A DNA stretch of 64,000 nt, from the IMG/VR virus record IMGVR_UViG_3300031088_000793. One strand, given 5' to 3'. The notes under the pieces are model-generated. The model did no database searches. It saw only the letters and a program-made list of their open reading frames with translations, and was not told where the DNA came from. Origin of the DNA: a virus. Its lineage: Duplodnaviria > Heunggongvirae > Uroviricota > Caudoviricetes. This document shows, in pieces, positions 38,229 through 48,190 of the stretch (position 1 is its first letter; each line of letters begins with the position of its first letter). Both the position numbers and the translations under genes were made by a program.

Positions 38229-38747
38229 TCAGCTGCGACCCGCGAGGGGAAGGATCTCTCCGTCGATCCCGGCAGCCGAGAGCGCCATGCTGTCGCCTGT
38301 CCAGATGAGGAAGAGCTCCCGGCGGACGATCTTTCCATCTCCATCCTGCACTGCGCTCAGAGTCGAGCCGTAGCTCTCGAAGTCGCCGCTGGGCCGATCC
38401 TCGGGATAGTTGAGCTCGGCGAGCTGGTCAGTGGTGAGCTCGAAGCCGTAGCTCTTCTGAATCGCCTGGCCCAGAGACTCGCTCCGAGCGTCGGCCGAGA
38501 GCTGTGAGCTCACAGCGAAGGCCACTACGGCGGCGAGGGGACCCAGGATAGCGAGCCAGAAGCCGAAGGCTCCAGCAGCACTGATACCTCGACTCCCCTC
38601 GAAGTTCTCCAGGGGCACGCCGGCTCTCTTAGCATCCCGGGAGGCTAGGGAGAAGGAGATCACGACGAGGATAACGCCGATCAGGAGCAGGGCTGCAGCT
38701 CCAATGCCGTAGGCTGTGCCGTCTGTGCTGGCTTCGATGTAGTCCAT
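38229..38747 (-). CDS. two-TM array paralog
   Basis: family motifs. Confidence 0.75.
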   Translation of the reverse strand: MDYIEASTDGTAYGIGAAALLLIGVILVVISFSLASRDAKRAGVPLENFEGSRGISAAGAFGFWLAILGPLAAVVAFAVSSQLSADARSESLGQAIQKSYGFELTTDQLAELNYPEDRPSGDFESYGSTLSAVQDGDGKIVRRELFLIWTGDSMALSAAGIDGEILPLAGRS

Positions 38748-39019
38748 GGTCGTTCCTATTCTGCGCCGGGCCGAGGCTAGGCTATGTGGGGATGTCCGCT
38801 GATCGACACCATGCTACATAATCCCGATGCAAAAGCGACGGCTGAGTATGTATTGATCTCGTTATGCATTCTTTATACCAGCACAACTGATTTCATATGT
38901 AGCGTTATGACCAATCAGGCTCTTCGGAGCTCTCGAGTCAGCGATTGCTACTCCATCCAAACAGAGGGAGAGCCCGGAGATCAGCGTAGATCTCCGGGCC
39001 CTCGGGTGTTGCTAAGGGA

Positions 39020-39511
39020 TCAGTTCTGAAGCTCCAGAGGCTCGAAATCCTCCCCGTTCTTGGACTGAGCAAGGATCATCTTGCCATCCTTCCAGACCAG
39101 GGAGATCTCTCGCTTCAGGATGCTGTCATCATCTGCGAGCGTGGTCTTGTCGATGGAGCCGAAGGACTCGAAGTCGCTGGTGGGCCTCTCGCTGGGGTAC
39201 TCCAGCGCCTCGACCTCATCGGTGCTGAGCTTGAGATCGTAGCTCTCCTCGATGGCGGTCTGAGCCGCCACTATCCTGTTGTGGATGGGCTCAACGAACC
39301 AGAAGTTGATCGCACTGACGAAGGAAATGACCCCCATGGCGAAGCTAAGCGACATTCCCAGGAAAAGGTAGTTCCTCTTGGCCGATGGCTCTGCGCCGAG
39401 CTTGTCTAGGCCGTTAGCGCAGAATAGCAGAACGGCCACAGAGACCACGATGCCCGCGAGAGATAGCAGCGTGAGCCCGACGGTCGATGATGAGGTGTCG
39501 ATGAAGTCCAT
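39020..39511 (-). CDS. two-TM array paralog
   Basis: family motifs. Confidence 0.75.
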   Translation of the reverse strand: MDFIDTSSSTVGLTLLSLAGIVVSVAVLLFCANGLDKLGAEPSAKRNYLFLGMSLSFAMGVISFVSAINFWFVEPIHNRIVAAQTAIEESYDLKLSTDEVEALEYPSERPTSDFESFGSIDKTTLADDDSILKREISLVWKDGKMILAQSKNGEDFEPLELQN

Positions 39512-39598
39512 GATGGTGCTGTTCCTGCTCTGTGCTGTTGAGACGATGATGAGCGCTGTGCTCTTTGAGAAGTAAAAGGATGAGGCTGCGGAGAGACC

Positions 39599-39862
39599 CT
39601 ATCGAGCTTCGCTGGACTCGTAGGACCGGGTGCCTTCTTCGCCCATGATGCCCTGGCCGATGAGGGTAGTGATGCCCACAGTGCCGATGAAGAGTCCGAG
39701 GATGAAGATTCCCGTGCCGAACTCCTGCTTCAGCCGACCCTTGGCCTCGGGGCGCCATCTACTGTCGAGCCTGTAGCCGAAGACAGCGATGGCCGAGCCG
39801 AGCACTATGACGATCACGGGGAGGAGCCATCTGGCCTCTGAGAGGCTACTGAGGATGTCCAT
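39599..39862 (-). CDS. two-TM protein lacking the array C-terminal domain
   Basis: two TM segments only. Confidence 0.55.
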   Translation of the reverse strand: MDILSSLSEARWLLPVIVIVLGSAIAVFGYRLDSRWRPEAKGRLKQEFGTGIFILGLFIGTVGITTLIGQGIMGEEGTRSYESSEAR

Positions 39863-39928
39863 TTTCTGCGCTTTCTTTGAGTTTGATCCTGGTTCATACT
39901 CCAGGTCTAAGGCCGTTGGAGGCTGAGC

Positions 39929-40402
39929 TCAGTCCTGCCGAGTCAGAGGCTTGAAGGCCTCGCCGTCGGAGGACGAGGCCAGGACCATGCGGTCCCTGTC
40001 CCAGAGGAGCTGCACATCGACCCTGGAGTAGCTCTCGCCATCTCGGATTGTGACACCCTCGGCTGTGCCGTAGGAGACGATGCCACTGGTGGGCTCATCG
40101 CTGGGGTAGTCGAGGTAGTAGATGTCATTGCTGTCGAGACTGACGCCGTAGACCCTGGCAGCCTCTGCTTTGATGGCCTCTGACCTCTGGCTGTCTGCTG
40201 CAAATCCAGCGGCCATGCCTAAAACGACTCCCGCAATGATGAAGACTATAGACCCGACGACGATGGAAGTCTCCACCCCTGTGTCTCGCTTCCTTCGCGG
40301 CAGGAAGAAGTGAGAAAGTATCAGCGCTACGATTCCCAGAAGGACGAGGCTGATGGGCCAGGTCAGTAGGGTGAAGTGGAAGGGGTTTTCGATGAAGTCC
40401 AT
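39929..40402 (-). CDS. two-TM array paralog
   Basis: start MDFIENPF at 40402. Confidence 0.75.
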   Translation of the reverse strand: MDFIENPFHFTLLTWPISLVLLGIVALILSHFFLPRRKRDTGVETSIVVGSIVFIIAGVVLGMAAGFAADSQRSEAIKAEAARVYGVSLDSNDIYYLDYPSDEPTSGIVSYGTAEGVTIRDGESYSRVDVQLLWDRDRMVLASSSDGEAFKPLTRQD

Positions 40403-40552
40403 GGGGGACCTTTCGGAGCTGTGGATTGGGAAAGCTGTGGGAGGATGTGGGAGGCTGACTGAGACCTTAGCTCGATGGGTCGTGGAGTTCATCCGGAGCC
40501 CACAGCTACAGCCCTAGGGACAGTGCTGCGGGCTCCCAGAGGGAACTGAGCG

Positions 40553-41101
40553 TCAGCCCTGGGGCGCGGTCTCGTAGAGAGGCTCGTCGCTGAGCTCAGC
40601 GGGCTTCTCGCTGGGCTCTTCGCGGTTCAGAGGCTTCAGAGGTACGAAGCTCTTGCCATCCTCGGACTGAGCGAGCTCGAAGCGCTCGCCGTTCCAGATC
40701 AGCGAGACCTCCTGGCGCTCGAAGCCGTCACCATCGGTTCGCACATTGCGGATAGCGGAGCCGTAGACCTCGAAGTCCTTCTCGGGCTCGGCCGAGGGGT
40801 AGTTGAGCCTCTCGACCTCACGGTCAGTGAGCTTGAGTCCGTAGCGATCCTCGATCTGTTCCTGGATCTTACCGTCACGCGCGGCCATTTGGTTCAGGCT
40901 CGGGCCTGGACCCTCGACGGTGAGCGCAACGATGCCGCAGGCGAGGGCTGCGGCTGCGACGATGGCGGGAACGGGCAAGAACTCACCCTCCCTGAGCATC
41001 AGTCCAACGAAAATGATGACGACAGCTGCGCAGAATCCTGCGAAGATGTAGACCGTTAGGTCGGTTGCTGCTGCGACATCAGCGAAGTCAATGTATCTCA
41101 C
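40553..41101 (-). CDS. two-TM array paralog
   Basis: family motifs; C-domain close to 41195-41815. Confidence 0.75.
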   Translation of the reverse strand: MRYIDFADVAAATDLTVYIFAGFCAAVVIIFVGLMLREGEFLPVPAIVAAAALACGIVALTVEGPGPSLNQMAARDGKIQEQIEDRYGLKLTDREVERLNYPSAEPEKDFEVYGSAIRNVRTDGDGFERQEVSLIWNGERFELAQSEDGKSFVPLKPLNREEPSEKPAELSDEPLYETAPQG

Positions 41102-41194
41102 GGTGATTCCTGTCTGTGGTTGGAGTATTGGAGCATTGCTACTAAATCGTAGGGTGGTGCTAGGTGCTAAAGTGCCGCTATTCAGCTCAAGGCG

Positions 41195-41815
41195 CTATTC
41201 CGCCTCGGGAGCAACTGTGGGGGCAGGGCTCCGACCGCCTAGCTGGAGCTGAGGACCCTCTTCGAGCTTCGGAGCGTAGAAGGGCTTGTCGCTTACCTCA
41301 ACGGGCTTCTCGACAGGCTTGGCGGGTTCCTTCACAGGCAGAGGCTCCAGGGAGGTGAAAGCTTCTCCATCTGAGGACCGGGCGAGCTCGAAGTCCTTGC
41401 CGTTCCAGATCAGCGAGACCTCCTGGCGCTCAAAGCTGGTTCCCTCGGTTCGGAGGTTGCGCTCAGCAGTGCCGTAGACCTTGAAGTCATCCTCGGGCTC
41501 AGCGGCCGGGTACTTCAGCTCCTTGACTTCGCCCTCAGTGAGCTCGATCCCATAGTAGTCTTCGATCTGTTCCTGTACCTGACTGTTCCGCTCGCTGAGT
41601 TTCTTCTCAGCATCACCCTCAACGGGTGAAGTGCTGAAGAAGAACACTCCTGACATCACGAATGCGCCCAGCGCAAAGACAGTGTTGAGTAGGTTGCCGC
41701 CTCCGTCAAAGGCCGCACCGACGCATAGGATACCTGCAAGCAAGAGGACGGCAGCGACGATGTAGTGCTCTGTGCTCACGCTTTCAGCTGTTTCTGCGAG
41801 CCTGATGAAGTTCAT
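41195..41815 (-). CDS. two-TM array paralog
   Basis: family motifs. Confidence 0.75.
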   Translation of the reverse strand: MNFIRLAETAESVSTEHYIVAAVLLLAGILCVGAAFDGGGNLLNTVFALGAFVMSGVFFFSTSPVEGDAEKKLSERNSQVQEQIEDYYGIELTEGEVKELKYPAAEPEDDFKVYGTAERNLRTEGTSFERQEVSLIWNGKDFELARSSDGEAFTSLEPLPVKEPAKPVEKPVEVSDKPFYAPKLEEGPQLQLGGRSPAPTVAPEAE

Positions 41816-41873
41816 GGTATTCCTACTCTACAAATAAGATGATCGGCCGGCGGAAGTCGATAGGCGGGCTGGG

Positions 41874-42362
41874 TCAGTTCTGAGCTTCGAGGGGGACAAA
41901 GTCCTCGCCGTTCTCGGACTGGAAGATGCCGAAGCTGTCCTCATCCCAGACGAGATAGAGCTTCCTCTCGAGGAGCTTCTCGTCTCCAGCCTTGGTGATC
42001 TTGTCGATGGAGCCGAAGGCCTCGAAGTTTGACTCGGGCTCAGCTTTGGGGTAGTTGAGCTTTGCAAGCTCACTCTCAGTGAGCTCGAGTTCGTAGATCT
42101 CCTCGATGGCGGCAATCACTCTGCTGTCTCGCTCCTGAAGTGCGTTTCGCTTCGCATGATCTGAGAGCCCATCTCCCATCAAAGCGAGGACCATACCTCC
42201 TACCATGGACAGTGCCACTACGACAGCCAGCCATTTGGACACTCTCTTTTGGGTCATCAGAACGAAGAAGCCAAAAGCAAAGACACCCAGGAGTATGATC
42301 CCTCCCACGCCCATGAGGGTGAAGATTGTGCTGTCGATGGGTTCTGGGGCAATGAAGTCCAT
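41874..42362 (-). CDS. two-TM array paralog
   Basis: family motifs. Confidence 0.75.
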   Translation of the reverse strand: MDFIAPEPIDSTIFTLMGVGGIILLGVFAFGFFVLMTQKRVSKWLAVVVALSMVGGMVLALMGDGLSDHAKRNALQERDSRVIAAIEEIYELELTESELAKLNYPKAEPESNFEAFGSIDKITKAGDEKLLERKLYLVWDEDSFGIFQSENGEDFVPLEAQN

Positions 42363-42427
42363 GGGAGTGTTCCTGTTCTAGATTCGGTCGAAGTCAGTCA
42401 GCTGGAGAAAGCCGGAGTCAGTTGGAC

Positions 42428-42946
42428 TCAGTCCTGGCGGTCGAGCTGCTGGAAGCTCTCCCCGTCAGCCGACTGGGAGAGCTGGAGCTCATCGTTGGCC
42501 CAGACGAGGTAGATGGTCTGCTTGGAGAAGTCAGCATCCTGGAGCTGCTCGTTGCGGACGATGGAGCCGAAGACCTCGAAGTCCCTCTCGGGAGCCGCAG
42601 TGGGGTACTCCAGATCATTGACCTCAACCTCGGTGAGCTGAAGCCCGTAGGCTGCATCGATCTGGGTGCTGATGAGCTCGTTCCGGTCATCGATGGCCTC
42701 AGCCTGCGCCTTGTAGTCAGGCCGGTCGCCACTAGAAAGCATGGCGCCGCCGAAGAGGAAGCCGACGAAGCCAGGTATGAAGAGGACAAGTCCTCCGATA
42801 GCGGACAGGATATTCTCCTTTTCCGCACCCTGGGTAAAGAGGAAAAGTCCCCCTACGAAGGCCAGAGCACCCAAGATGAGCACTGGCAGCGCGAATCCTG
42901 GGACTACAGTTACAAGGCTGTCGAGATCTAGAGAAATGGGCTGCAT
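42428..42946 (-). CDS. two-TM array paralog
   Basis: family motifs. Confidence 0.75.
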   Translation of the reverse strand: MQPISLDLDSLVTVVPGFALPVLILGALAFVGGLFLFTQGAEKENILSAIGGLVLFIPGFVGFLFGGAMLSSGDRPDYKAQAEAIDDRNELISTQIDAAYGLQLTEVEVNDLEYPTAAPERDFEVFGSIVRNEQLQDADFSKQTIYLVWANDELQLSQSADGESFQQLDRQD

Positions 42947-42948
42947 GG

Positions 42949-43557
42949 TCAGTCTTTCTTCTGAGATTGAGAAATCAGTAGGTCTTCGACGGCCTGAACG
43001 ATGAGCTCGCGCTCCTCGGCCAGAGTAGGCTCAGAGCCATCGCGGTCTTCGATGGCCACAGCGAAGTCTTCGGGGCCATCGCCAGTGGACTGGATCGAGA
43101 AGTGCTTGATCCGGCCATTGCTGTAGCCGTAGGCTGCCATGTCATCGATGATGTCATCTGGGACCAGTCTGCCACCCACAGCAGCCCGGGCCTCGTTGCG
43201 CCGTCGGCAGTCATCGATGGTGAAGTCGAGATGGCCATGGACTACGCGAGCATCGAAGCGTCGAGCGAGTTCCACGAGGGGACGGATCCTGTACTCATTG
43301 AGGTTGGTGTCTGAGACAACCACGACCCGACCCTGGCTCAGAGCGTCCTCGATGAGCTCATGCTGAGCGGCTGTGACCAGTGCCTCGCTGGCATCGTCGT
43401 GGCCCTTCTTGTGGTAATCCGCAGGGAGGAGAAGAACTCGAAGCTCATCTCGCTCGGCCACCGTGACGAGATCGGGATAGAGCCTGAGCAGCCAGCGCGC
43501 CAGATAGGACTTTCCGGCTCCAGGAAGGCCGTGAGTGAGCACGAGCAGGCCGCCCAT
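42949..43557 (-). CDS. polynucleotide kinase-like P-loop protein (AAA_33 type)
   Basis: GLPGAGKS, ERDELR, VVSDTNL, RRNEAR...VP. Confidence 0.85.
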   Translation of the reverse strand: MGGLLVLTHGLPGAGKSYLARWLLRLYPDLVTVAERDELRVLLLPADYHKKGHDDASEALVTAAQHELIEDALSQGRVVVVSDTNLNEYRIRPLVELARRFDARVVHGHLDFTIDDCRRRNEARAAVGGRLVPDDIIDDMAAYGYSNGRIKHFSIQSTGDGPEDFAVAIEDRDGSEPTLAEERELIVQAVEDLLISQSQKKD

Positions 43558-43764
43558 CGAACTCCCTTTGCTGTTAGCTGCTGGACTGAGTATCCAGACA
43601 TTCGAAGCTCACGATACACCATGAGCAGCCCGAAGAACAACCGGAAGTCCCGATGGGCTGGACTTTTTCGCTCAGAGTCCACAGCTTTCGCTCCAAAGCT
43701 GCACAGATGGCCGTCTCTATGCAATGAATGCGTAATGTCGTATGCTAAATATCTAAGTCCAATG

Positions 43765-43811
43765 AGCGAAGAGAGCCCCGGAGCATGACTTGCTCCGGGG
43801 CTCTCTTCGCT
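43765..43811. terminator. strong hairpin terminator
   Basis: AGCGAAGAGAGCCCCGGAGCA-loop-TGCTCCGGGGCTCTCTTCGCT. Confidence 0.75.
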
Positions 43812-43827
43812 GGCGCTAAGTGATCGG

Positions 43828-44226
43828 CTATCGAGCTCTACTTCCAGCGAGCTCAGCCCGGGCGGCTCGATCCAGCTCATCGGGTCCGAAGCCGTAGTGG
43901 AATCCTCGGCTGCGCCATTCTTCGTAGCGGTCCCGGGGATCATGGCCGTGCTCGATGTCCCGGACCACGATCTCAGCGAGGATCTCGAAGATCGATCTGC
44001 TCACTGCTGGCTCCACGGTCTCAGCGAGGCTGTAGGCAGCTGGAGTCGGTGTGGAATCCCGGGGACTGTCCTCTGCCGCTGCGTCCTCTGCTGCGGCGCT
44101 ATAGCTCTCTAGGCTGGGCCGGAAGGACTCGAAGGCGTCGAGGAGATTGCTGAGCACTGAGAGCGGCGTTTGCTCGTAGGCCCTGCACTGCACTACCTCG
44201 TCGATCTCGTCATCGGTGATGAACAT
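43828..44226 (-). CDS. hypothetical protein
   Basis: start MFITDDE with GAGGAG SD. Confidence 0.6.
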   Translation of the reverse strand: MFITDDEIDEVVQCRAYEQTPLSVLSNLLDAFESFRPSLESYSAAAEDAAAEDSPRDSTPTPAAYSLAETVEPAVSRSIFEILAEIVVRDIEHGHDPRDRYEEWRSRGFHYGFGPDELDRAARAELAGSRAR

Positions 44227-44432
44227 GGGAGTCTCCTCTGCTGATTGGCGCCGCAGCAGAACAGCTGCGGCCTCAGAGTGACTATCGGCGGACGGCTTCA
44301 GGACAGTCAACAGCCGTTGCCAGGAGATGCCCTAGATCTCAACCATCGAGCGATTGCGCGGGGGACGCTATCCAGGGCGCTCAGAACAGGAGCTACGGCC
44401 TCTGAGCGGTGCTCTGAGCGCCCTGGAGCAGC

Positions 44433-45494
44433 TCACCTTTCAGGTGCGGTTCGGAGCTCCCGGAAGGACTCGAGCGCCACATAGGAGGCTCCCAGCTGAG
44501 GCTGAAGCTCCGTTGCCTCGCCGAAGAGAGCTAGCCTCACAGCGTCCCAGATCAGGTTGACTCCAGTGAGCTCAGTTGCGTAGAGACCCCCAGCCGGTCG
44601 AGTGTTGGTTTCGAGGAGAGCTAGCTCCCCACGCCACCAGCGAAGCTGAGTGTTGGTGATGTAGCGAAGGCCCCGGCCAGCGTAGAGGCGCTCCACGAGC
44701 TCAAGCGCTTCGGGATAGGCCTCGGTGAAGACTCGGGATCGGCTGAGCTTAGCCCGGGGAATGAGCTTCAGCAGCTCTCCCTCGGTGCTGCTGAGACAGT
44801 CCACGCTGAGCTCCGGATCCTCGAGGAAGGGTAGGAGCATGAGCTCGGGCAGATGCTCACCAGCAGCTTCGCTACCCCGATAGGCCTCGATGAGCTTTGC
44901 CGAGCTCACGGTGGGATTCCTGCTCAGGAGATCATCGATGGATCGCCGGCCGTCATCGATGATCCGGAAGCCCTGAGCCCCCACACCCACTGTGGGCTTG
45001 ATGACCACTCGATCCTCGGGAGAGAGCTCACTGCGGAGCGATTCGAGCGCCAGTTCGATGCCAGCGGCCGTGGAGGCGACTCTCCAGGGCGGCACGGCTA
45101 CCCCGGCTCGCTGAGCCGCTGCGTAGGTCAAGTTCTTGTCCTCGAAGAGCCGAAGCGCTGAGGCTGAAGAGGCCAGCACCTTGACCCCCAGAGCGGCGAA
45201 GCGCTCCTCAGCCTCAGCGATGACTTCGATCCGGTGGCGAGGAAGGAAGATCTCGATGCCGTGGCGTTCGCAGAAGTCTAGCGCCCACTCCACATAGGCC
45301 CTGTCGTCGAGCTTCGGCTCTAGCTCAGTGAGGTCAGCACCCTGGAGCACCGGGGAGTTCGGATCACTGTGGGTGGCGTAGATCTTGACCTCAACTCCAT
45401 CCGGATTGGCCCGGAGCATGGGCATGAGCCAGAAGTTGGTGGCAAAGGTTCTGTTGAACCAGATCCGGACTGGAGTGGATGGAGCGAGCGTCAT
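44433..45494 (-). CDS. ATP-grasp domain protein
   Basis: IWFNRTF, EDK..TY, IKP.VGVGAQGFR, ELSVDCL, LLETNTRPAGG. Confidence 0.85.
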   Translation of the reverse strand: MTLAPSTPVRIWFNRTFATNFWLMPMLRANPDGVEVKIYATHSDPNSPVLQGADLTELEPKLDDRAYVEWALDFCERHGIEIFLPRHRIEVIAEAEERFAALGVKVLASSASALRLFEDKNLTYAAAQRAGVAVPPWRVASTAAGIELALESLRSELSPEDRVVIKPTVGVGAQGFRIIDDGRRSIDDLLSRNPTVSSAKLIEAYRGSEAAGEHLPELMLLPFLEDPELSVDCLSSTEGELLKLIPRAKLSRSRVFTEAYPEALELVERLYAGRGLRYITNTQLRWWRGELALLETNTRPAGGLYATELTGVNLIWDAVRLALFGEATELQPQLGASYVALESFRELRTAPER

Positions 45495-45576
45495 GGACTA
45501 CCTTCGAGGAGAGCGGGATGGGCAAGTAAGCACTATCTCTCCGTGGCTCTGGAGCGTGGGATGTGGAGGCTAAAGC

Positions 45577-46017
45577 CTACTCCGTGAGCCGATCCCTGAG
45601 CCCCTCGAGCCTTCGCAGCGCAGCCTCAGTGAAGGGAGTGACGGACCTCTCGAGGTAGCTGTCGAAGGCCGACTCCAGGCCCGTTCGAGTCAGAGTGGCA
45701 GTCACTCCGTCATCATTTGCCCTACCGCTACTGAGCATGAAGCTCCGCAGGTGATCGTACTCAATCTCCACGATGTCCTGGGAGTAGCTGTTCCCCAGGG
45801 CCTTGGCTAGCTCACTACGAAGTTCTTCGAGAGTGATCGTGAGCGGTGCCGCAGCTCCGGGCGACTCCCAGAGATCCTCGATGAGATTCTCGTAGAGGGC
45901 TGCGATGTAATTCTTGATCTCCCGATGCGCCTCAGAACCTACCTCGTAGTGAGAGTCCACCGACTCAAAGATCTCACCGAGCCTTGCTCGACTGAATGTG
46001 GGAGTGGGATTGGCCAT
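45577..46017 (-). CDS. hypothetical protein
   Basis: AAGGA SD. Confidence 0.65.
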   Translation of the reverse strand: MANPTPTFSRARLGEIFESVDSHYEVGSEAHREIKNYIAALYENLIEDLWESPGAAAPLTITLEELRSELAKALGNSYSQDIVEIEYDHLRSFMLSSGRANDDGVTATLTRTGLESAFDSYLERSVTPFTEAALRRLEGLRDRLTE

Positions 46018-46050
46018 GGTGCTTCCTTCTGTTCTTAGCGAGGCTTAACC

Positions 46051-46290
46051 TCAGCGGCGGGGATCTTCCCTGAGCATGGACTCGAGGATCGCTCTGTCCT
46101 GGGAGCTCAGGGGAGGTCGAGCAACGGAAGTACCCTGAGACCGGGCCGCCTCGAGCTTGCCCTGGATCACGCCAGCACGGTAGCTGAGCTGAAGCTCTCC
46201 GACCTTCTTGCCGAGGATCTTAGCCCCGCGCTGAGCGACACTGAGAGCGGGCCGAGCTGCATTGATCGCTGATTCGATTTCCTTTGCCAT
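46051..46290 (-). CDS. small hypothetical protein
   Basis: AAGGA SD. Confidence 0.6.
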   Translation of the reverse strand: MAKEIESAINAARPALSVAQRGAKILGKKVGELQLSYRAGVIQGKLEAARSQGTSVARPPLSSQDRAILESMLREDPRR

Positions 46291-46334
46291 GGTATTTCCT
46301 TCTGTCTGGGTGGAGCAGTCGATCTGAATTGAGC

Positions 46335-46967
46335 CTAGAGCTCGATGCGGTCACCCACGAGGGGGATCTTCTTAGCAGCGAGGTAGTGCTCAGTGAGCTC
46401 CCGAGTGAGGGGCGCCTTACCCATCACGGTGATCTGAGAGGGAGTGAGGCTCCGGCGCTTGCCGTCACCGGCCAGGGGCTTAGCTCGGATCTTGCAGCTC
46501 TGCAGCGTGAGGAGTGCGAAGTCCTTGGGGAGCTTCTTGAAGCGTCTGTGGGTTTCGGGGAGAAGGAGCAGTGCGAGATGAGTGCCGATCCACTCCGGAT
46601 CAACGAGCTGGATGAACTCTCGGTTGTCCCTCGCAGCGTAGTCGTAGTCCCAGCTGATCCAGTAGACCCTCTGAGTGCTCTGCTCGAGATAGAGGCGGAA
46701 CTCGTACTCCTCGTAGGGCTTACCCTTGCCGTCATCGAGGGTGATCTCCTCGACCTCGAAGAAGCTGTTGTCGCTGCCTCCAGTGCCGAGGATGAGATCG
46801 CCCTTGGCGAAGGACTGACCGAGCCAGTCCTTGCCGAAAGGCGCCTTGCGCTGAGCCGAGCCAGCCGCTGGCTGAAGCTGCTGGATCTGCTTGACCTGCT
46901 GCTCCAGGGGAGGGAAGTTGAAGGGGTTGGGGATCTGATCCCAGGGCTTTTGGTTTGCTGCGCTCAT
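46335..46967 (-). CDS. hypothetical protein
   Basis: 210 aa ORF with AAGGA SD. Confidence 0.7.
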   Translation of the reverse strand: MSAANQKPWDQIPNPFNFPPLEQQVKQIQQLQPAAGSAQRKAPFGKDWLGQSFAKGDLILGTGGSDNSFFEVEEITLDDGKGKPYEEYEFRLYLEQSTQRVYWISWDYDYAARDNREFIQLVDPEWIGTHLALLLLPETHRRFKKLPKDFALLTLQSCKIRAKPLAGDGKRRSLTPSQITVMGKAPLTRELTEHYLAAKKIPLVGDRIEL

Positions 46968-47141
46968 CGTCTAATCCTTGCTTGAGGCCGTCAGGCTCTT
47001 CTCTGGTCTTACTGATCCTATCATACCGAAGTGCCCTGCCCAGACCAGCCCCTACGCCGTTGCGCTGAGCAGTGCCATAGCATAGGATAGCACGGCCACA
47101 GCCATGCCGAGCTGTGCTCTAACTCCGAAGGACTCTCACCG

Positions 47142-47315
47142 ATGGCTTTCTCTCAGCTCCCCCAGGGCTTCGTTCCCCGGGACTCTCCTCCGCTTCGCTA
47201 CAGCACTACCCTGGAGCCCGTGGACTCTCGCTGGCTCGTCGTCGAGGCAATCGGCACGCTGGAGACTCCGATCTCCGGAGATGATCTCACTCGGCTCAGG
47301 GCTGCTGGGCAGTAG
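47142..47315 (+). CDS. 57 aa hypothetical protein (not in ORF track)
   Basis: MAFSQLPQGF...; GAAGGA SD and TTGCGC...TAGGAT promoter at 47060-47089. Confidence 0.5.
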   Translation: MAFSQLPQGFVPRDSPPLRYSTTLEPVDSRWLVVEAIGTLETPISGDDLTRLRAAGQ

Positions 47316-47391
47316 TTTCTCCACGGCCATTGCGGCCTGGCTAGCTGTGGCATAGAGTAAGCCGTACCACATCCCCGAACTAGGAGTCCCC

Positions 47392-47715
47392 ATGGGCTAC
47401 GCATTCAACAGCGCCAAGAGCCAGCTGGACAAGCGCACGCTGGGCGGATTCTTCCCCGCCCCCATCGGCATCCCCATGACCGAGGACACCGCCGCGATCC
47501 TCGAAGACAGCATCCTGGAGCTCGGGCTCCCCGTCTACGAGGGCGACCGCACCACGGCCTATGCCCTGGAGGTCGATGGCAAGGAGGTCGGCACGGTCCG
47601 GGGCAGTGGGCACTCCTGGTACTTCATCGACCTCGCTGGCAAGCGAAGCGAGAAGACCTACCGCTCGCGGAAGCTCAGCTCCAACGCCCTCGCGCTCCAG
47701 AGCTTCGCCGAGTAG
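47392..47715 (+). CDS. hypothetical protein
   Basis: AGGAG SD; TTGCGG-17-TAGAGT promoter. Confidence 0.7.
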   Translation: MGYAFNSAKSQLDKRTLGGFFPAPIGIPMTEDTAAILEDSILELGLPVYEGDRTTAYALEVDGKEVGTVRGSGHSWYFIDLAGKRSEKTYRSRKLSSNALALQSFAE

Positions 47716-47831
47716 ATCCTTTACCCTACGGCGCTCCCGGCAGCATCCATTGCGCGGCTGCGCTCCGTAGTATAAGGTGCAACTAGGGAGCCAGCAAGGC
47801 TCCCCCCGACCGACAGGAAAGGTTCGATCCC

Positions 47832-48143
47832 ATGGCTTCGATCCCCAAGCTCCTCATGGATGAGTTCTACGCCATGGAGCGAGCAGCTCTGGACGCGGAG
47901 GACTACGATCGGTCCACCGCGTTCTCCTCCTGTGAGAGCATGGTCAACAACTTCATGCACGGCCGGGAGCCCCGGATCACGCTGAGCTTCTGCCGGAAGA
48001 TCTTCCTCGAGAACTCGCTCAACGAGGACTTCGAGGCCGGCAGCCGGGAGGCCTACGCTGAGGCCGTCATCGTCGTGGACATCTTCGCTGACCAGTACGG
48101 CCTGAAGCTCATCTCCGAACCCTACTCCTCCGAGACGCTCTAG
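47832..48143 (+). CDS. hypothetical protein
   Basis: GAAAGG SD; resembles the N-half of the next gene. Confidence 0.7.
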   Translation: MASIPKLLMDEFYAMERAALDAEDYDRSTAFSSCESMVNNFMHGREPRITLSFCRKIFLENSLNEDFEAGSREAYAEAVIVVDIFADQYGLKLISEPYSSETL

Positions 48144-48190
48144 TCTCAGCCCACCAGAAACATCCTACGATTCAGCAGAAAGGCCCACCC

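Noticed and set aside
38800-38940. AT-rich patch as replication origin (also 43700-43760, 63530-63570)
   Set aside because: No iterons, DnaA boxes or adjacent rep gene; more likely promoter regions
47096-47351. Long ssDNA-promoter hairpin from GCCACAGC/GCTGTGGC
   Set aside because: Only ~8 bp of pairing, and the interval is explained by a 57 aa ORF between two promoters
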